Positions 6,191-15,269 of a stretch of DNA of 28,097 nucleotides are shown piece after piece. The stretch comes from a virus (lineage: Duplodnaviria > Caudoviricetes): IMG/VR virus record IMGVR_UViG_3300012952_000096, positions 1 to 28,097 of that record. One strand, 5' to 3'. The notes below the pieces were generated by a model that was not told where the DNA came from, did not search any database, and worked only from the letters and a program-made list of their open reading frames with translations. The translations under genes and the position numbers were made by a program. Within the stretch, counting starts at the first letter, position 1. Each line of letters starts with the position of its first letter.

Positions 6191-8853
6191 TGAGTGTACA
6201 ACTAATTTTATATCCGCAAAGTTTTAATGGCTTAAACTCCTTATCAGGAGCAGGTACAGAGCATATTATTGATGGCATTGATTTTAATACTATAACTACT
6301 GCCCCTTTTTCAGCATCTTTAGCAATACCAACAATTACTACTGCTGCTAATACTATAATACCAACAATGGTAATTAACTCTTGGTACACTTTTTCACATG
6401 ACTTAGTAGCACCTATTGAAGCAGCAGGAACAGTTTCTATTACAACTACACAGGGAATAATGCAGAAATTGTCAAACCTTATAGTAGGGCAATTATATGA
6501 TGTTGAAATAGTTACATCTGTTGCAACTGCTTTAACTTTTTATGTTTATTCAGGAACTAACCAACAAAACGCAATACCTGTTTCAGTAGTGGGTACTAAT
6601 AATTTGCAATTTACTGCAACCTCTACAAATAATGTAATAATACTACATTCTACAAGTGTTAGTTTTTTAAAGTCAATATCAATAAAGCAAGCTGCTCAAA
6701 ATCCAAGTGGTGCTATACAAGACTTAGCAACAGGTCAAGTTATTTGCGACCTTTATGAAGATGAAGATATACCACTGACTCTAAGTATTGATGATTTTAA
6801 AAATGTAGCTGAACAAGTACAGTCATACTCTAAGGCGTTTAACCTGCCTGCAACAAAAAGAAACAATCAGATCTTTGACAATATATTTGAAGTAACAAGA
6901 GATACAAGCGGACTGGCTTTTAATCCTTATGTAAGAACACAATGCGAATTAAAGCAAGATGGGTTTATATTGTTTCAAGGTTATCTTAGACTAATAGACA
7001 TACAAGAAAAACAGGGAGAAATAAGCTATAATGTTAACTTATATTCTGAAGCTATTGCGTTAGCTGACTTATTAGAAAACAGAACTTTTAATGATATTGA
7101 CTTTTCTGAGCTTACTCATGCTTATACATATACAGAAATTAGAAACAGTTGGCAGGGAGCATTAGCATTAACAAACCCTTTGCCAGTAGGAACTTATGCA
7201 GGTACAGCAGGTGCATCTACTACTAATGTTTTAAGATACCCATTTGTAAATTGGAGTCATAACTTTACTTATAATGCAAGTTCAGGGTTTCCAGTATTGC
7301 CTAATTTAGAAAGTGCTTTTAGACCTTTTATATCAATTAAATATTTAATACAAAGAATATTTGAGTCAACACCATTTACTTTTACTAGCACATTCTTTGA
7401 TACTGCTGATTTTGAAAGGTTATCAATGGATTTTAACTGGGGTGGCAATGAGATGCCAGCAGTAGAAAATGAATATGCTGCTAAATGGACAGGAACAGGT
7501 AATGTTGGTACTGGTGCTTATAAAGTATTACAATTAAGTTCTACACCATTTTCATTTACTATTCCTACTTCTACTTTGCCCCCTAATTATAGCACAACTA
7601 CATATATAATAACCGCTACAACTAATAATGAGTTTTATAGTATTAATTATGATTTTCGACTAGAAAACCCTACAAGTGCTATTGCTACAGCTCAATGCAG
7701 GTGGGTGAAAAATTTAGGTCTTGCTACTGAAGAGATTATTGACTATCAATTATTGCCTGCAACAACTAATACTATTTATAATGGTAGTTTTGAAATAGCT
7801 TTAAACACTGGTGATACTTTACAAGCACAATTTTTAGCAAATGCAGTAGTTAGACAAAGCACAAGTTATGCAAGCCCAACAGTATTTTTAGTGTCTAGTA
7901 TATCTGTTAATTCAGGAACTTTAAATACTTTGAGAGGAGAAATAGGGCAATGGGAGTTTTTAAAAGGAATAATGACAATGTTTAATTTAGTATCTGTACC
8001 TGATAAAGACAATCCTAATAACATTATTATAGAACCTTATAAAGATATATTTTTAGAAAACTCAGACTCAACACAATTAGACTGGACAGATAAAATAGAC
8101 ATTGAAGAAATTAAACTAACACCTTTAACAGAATTAAATAAAAAAACTATCTTTAAATTTGTAGAAGATGATGATGACTGGGCTTTTAATTTTTACAAAT
8201 TACAAGTGCAAAATCATTTGTACGGAAGTCAAATTTTTGATGCTAGTACAAGCTCTAATAACCTGCCTACAATATTGACAGGCGAAGAAGAAATAATAGC
8301 TGAACCATTTGCAGCAACAGTTCCTAAACCTTTAGATACTCAGTTTGCTGACTTTATTGTGCCTAATATTTATTCTTATAATGCAGATGATGGTACTTCA
8401 GAGCCTTTTGACAATAGTCCTAGAATAATGTATAGAAACTATCATGGTTCAACTGGAGTACAAACATTAACCAGTTGTACTTATTTTGTACCTAATCAAA
8501 ATGGGGTTAGCGGAGATGCAACAGAAGATGAATTTCTACAATTTAGTCACTTAACAGATATACCAACAACATCATCAACAACTGATTTTCATTTTGGTAT
8601 ATGTCAGCTTATACAACCAATAGGAAACCCAACAACTAATAATTTATTTAATACTTACTGGCTACCTTATCTAAATGAGTTATACAATCCAGATACAAGA
8701 ACAATGTCACTTAAAGTAAATTTAACTTCAGGTGATATTAATACTTTTAAATTCTTTGATACTGTATTTATTAAAAATAGAGAGTTTAGAGTAAACAAAA
8801 TAGACTATAAACCAAACGATTTAGCAACAGTAGAATTTATACTTATACCATAA
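6190..8853 (+). CDS. Large tail-tip/hub protein
   Basis: 887 aa; YSKxFxLPxTxxNN motif and C-terminal FxDxVFIKNxxFRVNKIDY motif. Confidence 0.65.
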   Translation: MSVQLILYPQSFNGLNSLSGAGTEHIIDGIDFNTITTAPFSASLAIPTITTAANTIIPTMVINSWYTFSHDLVAPIEAAGTVSITTTQGIMQKLSNLIVGQLYDVEIVTSVATALTFYVYSGTNQQNAIPVSVVGTNNLQFTATSTNNVIILHSTSVSFLKSISIKQAAQNPSGAIQDLATGQVICDLYEDEDIPLTLSIDDFKNVAEQVQSYSKAFNLPATKRNNQIFDNIFEVTRDTSGLAFNPYVRTQCELKQDGFILFQGYLRLIDIQEKQGEISYNVNLYSEAIALADLLENRTFNDIDFSELTHAYTYTEIRNSWQGALALTNPLPVGTYAGTAGASTTNVLRYPFVNWSHNFTYNASSGFPVLPNLESAFRPFISIKYLIQRIFESTPFTFTSTFFDTADFERLSMDFNWGGNEMPAVENEYAAKWTGTGNVGTGAYKVLQLSSTPFSFTIPTSTLPPNYSTTTYIITATTNNEFYSINYDFRLENPTSAIATAQCRWVKNLGLATEEIIDYQLLPATTNTIYNGSFEIALNTGDTLQAQFLANAVVRQSTSYASPTVFLVSSISVNSGTLNTLRGEIGQWEFLKGIMTMFNLVSVPDKDNPNNIIIEPYKDIFLENSDSTQLDWTDKIDIEEIKLTPLTELNKKTIFKFVEDDDDWAFNFYKLQVQNHLYGSQIFDASTSSNNLPTILTGEEEIIAEPFAATVPKPLDTQFADFIVPNIYSYNADDGTSEPFDNSPRIMYRNYHGSTGVQTLTSCTYFVPNQNGVSGDATEDEFLQFSHLTDIPTTSSTTDFHFGICQLIQPIGNPTTNNLFNTYWLPYLNELYNPDTRTMSLKVNLTSGDINTFKFFDTVFIKNREFRVNKIDYKPNDLATVEFILIP

Positions 8854-9707
8854 TGGCAATACCTTATTTAAACGGATATACAATTAAACCTGCTTCAGTT
8901 AATGCAATAGGACTGGTAACATTTACTGATGGCACTAATAATGTTACACCTAATCAACAACAATGTGAGGCTTATGGTTATACTTATGATAAAGCAACAG
9001 GGACTTGCAAGGCATTTACATTTAGTAATAATTTAGGCAGGAATATAAGAAACGAAAATAACAATATACAGGGCGTAGGCAATAAGACAGAAACAGGCAC
9101 TAATAACACCTATATAATGGGTGAAAGCAATACTGTTAAAGGTATGTCAAGAAACAACATTATAATAGGTACAAATAACGAAATATCTAATAGTGTAAAC
9201 AACTCATTTATCTATGGAAATAAAGCAAACTCAATAGCTGACAACTCAATAGTATTAGGTGGTAATAACAGTACAGATATATTAGGCAAAAGACAAAACA
9301 CTACTATTATTTATGGGGGCTTTACTGAAGATGCTTCAGCAACAAATGCTTATTTAAACAATGTAACTGACAGTTATTACAAACCTGCAAGTGTTGCTAA
9401 TAACAGTATTTTATATTTTCAAAGTGAAACAATAGCAGTAAGAATTGGTGGCACATCAACTGGTAACACTGGGGACTATAAAGCATGGGTAGAAAGAGGT
9501 GTAATTAAAAACGCTAGAACTACATTAAGTATAGATATTAGTAAAACAGATATTAGTTCAAGTGGTACAACTACTGGTTGGGATTTTGAAAGTCAAGTAT
9601 CAGGTACAGATTATAAACAGTCACTAACTGGAGCTGCTAATACAGAAATAGAATGGGTTTCAACTATCAGGATAACAGAAATAAGAACAAGTGTAGATTT
9701 AACATAA
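8853..9707 (+). CDS. Tail fibre/spike-like protein with Asn-rich beta-roll repeats
   Basis: Repeated NxIxGxxN units (NNIQGVGN, TYIMGESN, NIIIGTNN, SFIYGNKA). Confidence 0.5.
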   Translation: MAIPYLNGYTIKPASVNAIGLVTFTDGTNNVTPNQQQCEAYGYTYDKATGTCKAFTFSNNLGRNIRNENNNIQGVGNKTETGTNNTYIMGESNTVKGMSRNNIIIGTNNEISNSVNNSFIYGNKANSIADNSIVLGGNNSTDILGKRQNTTIIYGGFTEDASATNAYLNNVTDSYYKPASVANNSILYFQSETIAVRIGGTSTGNTGDYKAWVERGVIKNARTTLSIDISKTDISSSGTTTGWDFESQVSGTDYKQSLTGAANTEIEWVSTIRITEIRTSVDLT

Positions 9708-9713
9708 AAAGAT

Positions 9714-11114
9714 ATGGCAGATAAAATAGTAGTAGAAGCAGAAGTAAAGTCAAATGTAGGTCAAGTATCTAAAGATGCAGCATCAGCAGCAGGTGAGTTT
9801 AGAATAATGGGGGTTTCTTTAAACTCAGTAAAAGCTGGGTTAGTATCAGTAGGCAAAACTGCTAAGGCATCATTTGCAACTATGAAAGCGGGTATTATGT
9901 CTACTGGAATAGGTGCTTTAGTAATTGCTATTGGTTCACTAGCTACATTTTTTACAAGAACTAAAAAAGGAGCAGAATTATTAGAAGTAGCTTTTGAAGG
10001 TCTTGGTGCTGCTGTAAGTGTTATTGTAGATAGAGTGTCAAAGTTTGGGGGTGCTATTGTAAAACTATTTCAGGGAGACGCAAAAGGTGCTTTACAAGAT
10101 GTAAAAGGTGCTTTTACTGGAATTGGTGAAGAAATAGCAAAAGACACTAGACAAGCAATAGCATTGAAAGAAGCTTTTCAAGATTTAAGAGATAGTCAAA
10201 GAGATTTGAATGTTGAAACTGCACAAAGAAGAGCTGAAATAGAAGCCTTAAAATTAATTGCCGAAGATGTTACAAAGTCTGAACAAGTAAGACTTAAAGC
10301 TGCTCAAGATGCTTTTGCTATTGAAAACAAATTATTGTCAGAAAGAGTAGCAAATGCAGAAGAAGCAGTTAGAATACAGAGAGAACAAAATGCTATTAAT
10401 CAAAGTATGGACGCTGATTTAGACGCATTAGCTCAAAAAGAAATTGATTTAGCAAATATAAAAGCAGAATCTACTACTAAACAAATAGAACTTAATAATA
10501 AGATAAATGCAATACAAGCAGAAGCAGCAGCAAAAAGACTTGCTCAATTAGACGAACTTAAAGCAGCGGACGCTGAAAGAATGGATACTCTTGCTAAAAT
10601 GCCTAAACTAGCAGAAGAATCATCTCAAGGCATTATTAAAGCTAATAATAAAGTATTAGATAATTATTTAAAAACTAATGAAGCAATAAAAAAATCTAAC
10701 AAAGAAACTGCTGATGCTCAATTAATGGCTTTTTCTGGTTTATCTAGTTCATTAAGTGGTTTAGCAGGAGACAATAAAGAACTTGCAGCAGCAGGTGCTA
10801 TTATTGATACTTATGCAGGGGCAAATAAAGCATTTGCACAGGGGGGTGTTGCAGGTTTTGTTACAGGAGCAGCTATAATTGCTTCAGGTTTAGCTAATCT
10901 AAAAAAAATATATGACACCCCTATTCCTGGTGGCGGTTCATCAGGAGGTGTACCTACAATAGTTCCTGAAACACCTGCACCGCAAATGATGTCAGGAGCA
11001 TTTGAATTAAGTGGCGGTCAAGCACCTGAAGCTATGAGAGCATTTGTAGTAACAGATGAAATGACTAACAGTCAAAACCAATTAGCCAATATTAGAAGAA
11101 GGGCTACAATTTAA
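9714..11114 (+). CDS. Tail tape measure protein (466 aa)
   Basis: STGIGALVIAIGSL hydrophobic segment, long Ala/Glu/Lys coiled coil and C-terminal RAFVVxxE motif. Confidence 0.75.
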   Translation: MADKIVVEAEVKSNVGQVSKDAASAAGEFRIMGVSLNSVKAGLVSVGKTAKASFATMKAGIMSTGIGALVIAIGSLATFFTRTKKGAELLEVAFEGLGAAVSVIVDRVSKFGGAIVKLFQGDAKGALQDVKGAFTGIGEEIAKDTRQAIALKEAFQDLRDSQRDLNVETAQRRAEIEALKLIAEDVTKSEQVRLKAAQDAFAIENKLLSERVANAEEAVRIQREQNAINQSMDADLDALAQKEIDLANIKAESTTKQIELNNKINAIQAEAAAKRLAQLDELKAADAERMDTLAKMPKLAEESSQGIIKANNKVLDNYLKTNEAIKKSNKETADAQLMAFSGLSSSLSGLAGDNKELAAAGAIIDTYAGANKAFAQGGVAGFVTGAAIIASGLANLKKIYDTPIPGGGSSGGVPTIVPETPAPQMMSGAFELSGGQAPEAMRAFVVTDEMTNSQNQLANIRRRATI

Positions 11115-11118
11115 AAAT

Positions 11119-11147
11119 CAAATAAATATTAATTAAATCTATTATAT
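11119..11147 (+). promoter_or_regulatory. Putative phage late promoter, copy 3 (upstream of protease)
   Basis: CAAATAAA - 11 nt - TCTATTATAT; ATG follows after 3 nt. Confidence 0.75.
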
Positions 11148-11150
11148 AAT

Positions 11151-11873
11151 ATGCCTTGCGAAGAATGTGAAAACGGAAAAGTAAAATGGGGTAAAACAGG
11201 AAGCTGTGAGTATGACTCAATAGCTGAATGTGAAGCCGCTAACAAAGACTATTACGAAAAAACTACATCTATTGTAGAATTGGTTATTGATGATGATAGT
11301 CAAGAACTAGCTATTGATGCTATTAGTTTAGTATCTAGTCCTGCTATTGAACAGGACTTTGTTTACTTTGGTAAAGAGAAAAATAACTTGACATTTGCTA
11401 AAGTAGATGAAGAAAAGCGTATGCTAGTATCTCCAGCTTTAATACCTAATAAAAATATTTATCGTGTAAACCATAATACAGGAGATGAGTATTATGTTTA
11501 CTTTAGTCCTGCAACAGTTCGCAAATCATCTGAACTTTATTTAAAACACAACAATCATCATAAAGCAACTTACGAACACCAAGATAGAGTGTCAGGTGTC
11601 TTAACAACTGAAAGCTGGATAATTGAAGACCCTAAAATGGACAAGTCAAGACTCTATGGATATAATCTTCCAAAAGGAACTTGGATGGTATCTATGAAAA
11701 TTAATAATGATGATTTATGGCAAAAAGTAAAAGCAGGAGAACTTAAAGGACTTTCTATTGAAGGTTATTTTACAGATAAAATGGAAAAGATGTCAGAAAG
11801 ACAACCAACTGATGAAGAAATATTATCAGCGTTAAATGAAATAATACGCGAAAATCAAACAAACTCAAAATAA
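11151..11873 (+). CDS. Prohead protease, XkdF-like (Peptidase_S78_2), with an N-terminal Cys-rich module
   Basis: SLVxxPAI, ALIPNK, EH, ESW, GTWMV and KxGELKGLSIEG motifs. Confidence 0.85.
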   Translation: MPCEECENGKVKWGKTGSCEYDSIAECEAANKDYYEKTTSIVELVIDDDSQELAIDAISLVSSPAIEQDFVYFGKEKNNLTFAKVDEEKRMLVSPALIPNKNIYRVNHNTGDEYYVYFSPATVRKSSELYLKHNNHHKATYEHQDRVSGVLTTESWIIEDPKMDKSRLYGYNLPKGTWMVSMKINNDDLWQKVKAGELKGLSIEGYFTDKMEKMSERQPTDEEILSALNEIIRENQTNSK

Positions 11874-11884
11874 TTCTATTATAT
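11856..11884 (+). promoter_or_regulatory. Putative phage late promoter, copy 4 (upstream of scaffold/capsid)
   Basis: CAAACAAA - 11 nt - TCTATTATAT. Confidence 0.75.
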
Positions 11885-11897
11885 TAAAAAAGAAACT

Positions 11898-12617
11898 ATG
11901 GACATTAAAGAACAAATATTAGTAGCACTTGGCTTAAATAAAGCTGAAGAAGAAATAAAATTAGCTTGGCAGGCAAAAGGTGAGGACGGTACAATCTATG
12001 TATCTACTGCTGAAGAGTTAGAATCAGGCGTAGACATTTCTGTATTGACAGAAGATGGTACTACAATCTTACTTCCTGTTGGAACTTATAAAACCGATAC
12101 TGGTGTATCTTTTAGAGTAGAAGAAGAAGGTATAGTAGCTGAGGTTATTGAATCAGAAACTGAAGAAGTTGATACAGTTGAAGAAGAAGAAATGTCAGAA
12201 GAAACTGTCTTGGAAGAAAAAGACAAAGATGACTATGATGAAGAAGCAGCAGTTTATGACTGGGAAGGTATGGAAAAGCGAATTAAAAACCTAGAAGATG
12301 CAGTTGCTGATTTAAAAAGAGACAAAGTAGGTGGTGATGATGATGTTGAAGAGATGTCAGAAGAAACTACTGAAGAAGTATCTGATAAACCTAAAACAAT
12401 TAAAACTACTGAAGTAGTTGAATTTTCAGCAGAAGAAGAGTTAGAAAAACTTAAAGCTGAGAATGAAAAACTTAAAACGGAATTGGCAGCTAGTCCTGCT
12501 GATGCACCAATTAACACAAATAAATTTAGTTCTGACAATGCAAAACCTGTATTGTCAAGAAAAGAATACAATAAACTTTCTAAACAAGAAAGGTTTTTAT
12601 ACAATTTAAACAAATAA
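11898..12617 (+). CDS. Capsid scaffolding protein (putative)
   Basis: Highly acidic, coiled-coil, positioned between protease and capsid genes. Confidence 0.7.
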   Translation: MDIKEQILVALGLNKAEEEIKLAWQAKGEDGTIYVSTAEELESGVDISVLTEDGTTILLPVGTYKTDTGVSFRVEEEGIVAEVIESETEEVDTVEEEEMSEETVLEEKDKDDYDEEAAVYDWEGMEKRIKNLEDAVADLKRDKVGGDDDVEEMSEETTEEVSDKPKTIKTTEVVEFSAEEELEKLKAENEKLKTELAASPADAPINTNKFSSDNAKPVLSRKEYNKLSKQERFLYNLNK

Positions 12618-12643
12618 TAACAAATAAATAAAAAAAGAAAATT

Positions 12644-13561
12644 ATGGCTTTTACAGTAAATTCAAATTATGCGGGAAAAAGTGCGGGATTCTATATCGCT
12701 GCCGCCCTTAAAGAAGCAAAATCGTTAGAATATATAACGATGATGGAAAATATTAAGTACCGTAGCAACTTGCAGGTTATGGGCAACTCAGGATTAGTAG
12801 TTGACGCAACTTGTGATTTTAATGACGCAGGTACTTTATCATTAACAGAAACAAAATATATTGAGCCTAAGAATCTACAAATAAATGTAGATTTATGTAA
12901 GGCTAACTTGCTGAGTAGCTTTGAGGCCCAAAACATGAGAGCAGGAGCAGGATCACCACCACCAGCATCTTTTGATGACTATGTTATCTCTTATATGGGA
13001 GAAATTATAGCACAAGCAACAGAAGAAAGCATTTGGGAAGGAACTGCGGTAGCAGGTAAATTCAACGGATTCTTAGGTGCTGTAACAGGTTACTTGTTGC
13101 CAGGAGTTGATGCAACAGTTATTCAATCAACTGCTTCAGGAGCTTATACAGCAGCAAACATAATTGCTAACTTACAAACTTTAACAGCTGATATGGCTGC
13201 TAATGTTTCTGCAATACTTAGTAAAGAGGACACTCATATTTACATGAACCCTAAAACTTACGCTTTCTATATTTCAGCAGTATCTACATTAGGATATGTT
13301 AATGCTTACAATATGAATGGTGATTACGAGCCAGTATTCGAAGGTTATCGTTTGGCTATTTGCCCAGGTATGGCAGACAATCAATTAGTAGCAGCACAAA
13401 AGTCGAATTTGTTCTTTGGAACTGATTTACTTTCTGATGCAACTAGAATACAATTACTTGATATGGCTAATCTTGATGGTTCTGACAACATTAGAGTAGT
13501 TGCTAGATACTCAGCAGGTGTTCAAACAGGAGTTGGAGCTGATATCGTAAGACAATCGTAA
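12644..13561 (+). CDS. Major capsid protein
   Basis: 305 aa; downstream of scaffold; HK97-like IWxG..FxG(F)L and YMNP motifs; followed by a hairpin. Confidence 0.85.
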   Translation: MAFTVNSNYAGKSAGFYIAAALKEAKSLEYITMMENIKYRSNLQVMGNSGLVVDATCDFNDAGTLSLTETKYIEPKNLQINVDLCKANLLSSFEAQNMRAGAGSPPPASFDDYVISYMGEIIAQATEESIWEGTAVAGKFNGFLGAVTGYLLPGVDATVIQSTASGAYTAANIIANLQTLTADMAANVSAILSKEDTHIYMNPKTYAFYISAVSTLGYVNAYNMNGDYEPVFEGYRLAICPGMADNQLVAAQKSNLFFGTDLLSDATRIQLLDMANLDGSDNIRVVARYSAGVQTGVGADIVRQS

Positions 13562-13574
13562 TAAAATAAAAACG

Positions 13575-13606
13575 AAGAGGGAGGGTGTCAAAGCCCTCCA
13601 TCTTTA
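13575..13606 (+). terminator. Hairpin after the capsid gene (weak terminator or stabiliser)
   Basis: AAGAGGGAGGGT-GTCAAA-GCCCTCCATCTT with a short T tail. Confidence 0.65.
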
Positions 13607-13630
13607 TAACAACTTAAAAATCAAACACTT

Positions 13631-14218
13631 ATGGCATGTACAGCACTTAGCAAAGGTAGAGGACTTGATTGCTCACGAATTTCAGGAGGTGTTAAATATA
13701 TTTATTTCTCAGTTTATGATGATTTTGCAAGAGCAGACTGGGCATATGCTTCAGGTACTGAAGGTGAGATAGACACTATTAACTTTCAAAGCTCTACAAT
13801 ATATAGGTACACAGTACCAAGAGGTTCTACAACCGCAAACGAGAGTCTTACAGGCTCAGTTGAAAATGGTACTCTTTTTTATACACCTACTGTAAATATG
13901 GTTATAAACCGACTTACTAAAGAGGATCAAAATCAAATTAAACTTTTAGGACAAACACAAGTAAGAATATTTGCACAACTTAATGCGACACACCCTTCAA
14001 CAGGGAATGATGTAATAATCTGTATGGGTATGCACAACGGAATGTCAATGAATGCAGGAACTGCTGATAGTGGTGCAGCGTTCGGAGATCGTAACGGATA
14101 TACTTTGACATTCGATGGATTAGAGGCACAACCTTTTGCTATGTTAGAAGATGTAGCAGCAGGAGGATCACCTTTTTCTAATGCAGGTATTACAGGTTTA
14201 AGTATAGTTACTTCTTAA
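13631..14218 (+). CDS. Major tail (tube) protein
   Basis: MAC...C...GG(V/I) N-terminus, ENGTxFY and GDxNGYTLTF motifs typical of Bacteroidetes siphophage tube proteins. Confidence 0.7.
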   Translation: MACTALSKGRGLDCSRISGGVKYIYFSVYDDFARADWAYASGTEGEIDTINFQSSTIYRYTVPRGSTTANESLTGSVENGTLFYTPTVNMVINRLTKEDQNQIKLLGQTQVRIFAQLNATHPSTGNDVIICMGMHNGMSMNAGTADSGAAFGDRNGYTLTFDGLEAQPFAMLEDVAAGGSPFSNAGITGLSIVTS

Positions 14219-14251
14219 TCTTAATTAGTAGTTTTCATATATTTCTTGATT

Positions 14252-14280
14252 AGAGTGGTTTAATGCCACTCTTTTCTTTT
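14252..14280 (+). terminator. Rho-independent terminator
   Basis: AGAGTGGT-TTAAT-GCCACTCT followed by TTTCTTTT. Confidence 0.85.
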
Positions 14281-14286
14281 ATATAC

Positions 14287-14315
14287 CAAATAAATAAAGA
14301 CTTTTTCTATTATAT
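14287..14315 (+). promoter_or_regulatory. Putative phage late promoter, copy 5 (fibre/portal/lysis operon)
   Basis: CAAATAAA - 11 nt - TCTATTATAT, directly after a terminator. Confidence 0.78.
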
Positions 14316-14320
14316 AATAT

Positions 14321-14800
14321 ATGATACAAGCAATTACTGAAACTAACCTAACAACTTATTTACAGACTGAAGATAATCGTATAGACACTTCAGTAGGTTC
14401 TGATAAAATAAGGCATTTAGTAAAGTTCATTAATGATATGGATAAGTCAGTTCAGTATGCTTATTCAACAGTTCATTTAATTTATGATAGATATACAAAG
14501 TTTGTATTTGATTATAATGCAACACCTGATGTTTATACTGGTAAAGTAAACTTTATACCGTCAGGATTTTGGAAATATGAAGTATATGAAGTAAGTTGGA
14601 CAGGTGCAGTAGCTATTAGTGCAGGAAACGCACCTATTAATGAGAATGATGTATTGCCAGTAGGACCTACTCATGGCGTAGTTCAAGGTTTAGTAACTAA
14701 AGGCAAAATGTATGTAGCAGATAAAGCAGGAACAGCACAAGTACAATATACACAAAGGCAAGAGCCTAGTGGTACAAATTATATATATTATGGACAATAA
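14321..14800 (+). CDS. Putative structural protein
   Basis: 159 aa, GxWKYEVYE...V.KG motif; late-operon context. Confidence 0.55.
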   Translation: MIQAITETNLTTYLQTEDNRIDTSVGSDKIRHLVKFINDMDKSVQYAYSTVHLIYDRYTKFVFDYNATPDVYTGKVNFIPSGFWKYEVYEVSWTGAVAISAGNAPINENDVLPVGPTHGVVQGLVTKGKMYVADKAGTAQVQYTQRQEPSGTNYIYYGQ

Positions 14801-14810
14801 AAAATAAAAA

Positions 14811-15086
14811 ATGGCAATAGAAAATGTACAACAACTCTTAACAGAGCAATTAGGTAAAAACGGTGGAACTGAAATATTTACAACAGCAGCACAAACTAGC
14901 AAAGACTGGTACTGTGTTTACTTTCCAGTTGAAAGTGTAGTAGCTTCAATTACAGTAGCAGATGCAACTGGTGAAGCAGCTCTTCAAACGACTTTAGCAG
15001 CAGGAACAACTTTGTTTATGAATATAACCGCAATAACTCTTACAAGTGGTATTGGAATAGGTTATCACGAAGGCGTTACAACATAA
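14811..15086 (+). CDS. Small beta-rich structural protein (possible head decoration/fibre base)
   Basis: AGTTLF...ITAITLTSG motif; precedes the fibre module. Confidence 0.45.
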   Translation: MAIENVQQLLTEQLGKNGGTEIFTTAAQTSKDWYCVYFPVESVVASITVADATGEAALQTTLAAGTTLFMNITAITLTSGIGIGYHEGVTT

Positions 15087-15089
15087 GAT

Positions 15090-15269
15090 ATGCTATCACT
15101 TAAATTAGGCATAAGTTTAAATAACATCAAAGCTGGTGGGGGTGGTGGTGGTGACCCTATATCAACTATGGTAGCTGATTTTCAGTCAAGAGTAACAACT
15201 GATGGTGGTACTTTTGAAGGTAGTTCTTGCTTAAACACTATACTAACTGACTTAAATGATATATCATGA
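15090..15269 (+). CDS. 59-aa protein with Gly6 hinge (MLSLKLGISLNNIKAGGGGGGDP...RVTTDGGTFE...)
   Basis: Fills the gap exactly, with an ATGA overlap into 15266; below the ORF-track size cutoff. Confidence 0.75.
   Translation: MLSLKLGISLNNIKAGGGGGGDPISTMVADFQSRVTTDGGTFEGSSCLNTILTDLNDIS

Noticed and set aside
6183-6389. Minus-strand 68-aa hydrophobic ORF
   Set aside because: Hydrophobicity arises from antisense of Thr/Ile-rich codons in the tail gene; no promoter seen.
6434-6443. TTTCTATTAC as a sixth late promoter
   Set aside because: Intragenic, imperfect, and lacks the CAAA element 19 nt upstream.
12254-12936. Minus-strand ORFs 12254..12613 and 12691..12936
   Set aside because: Shadows of the scaffold and capsid genes.
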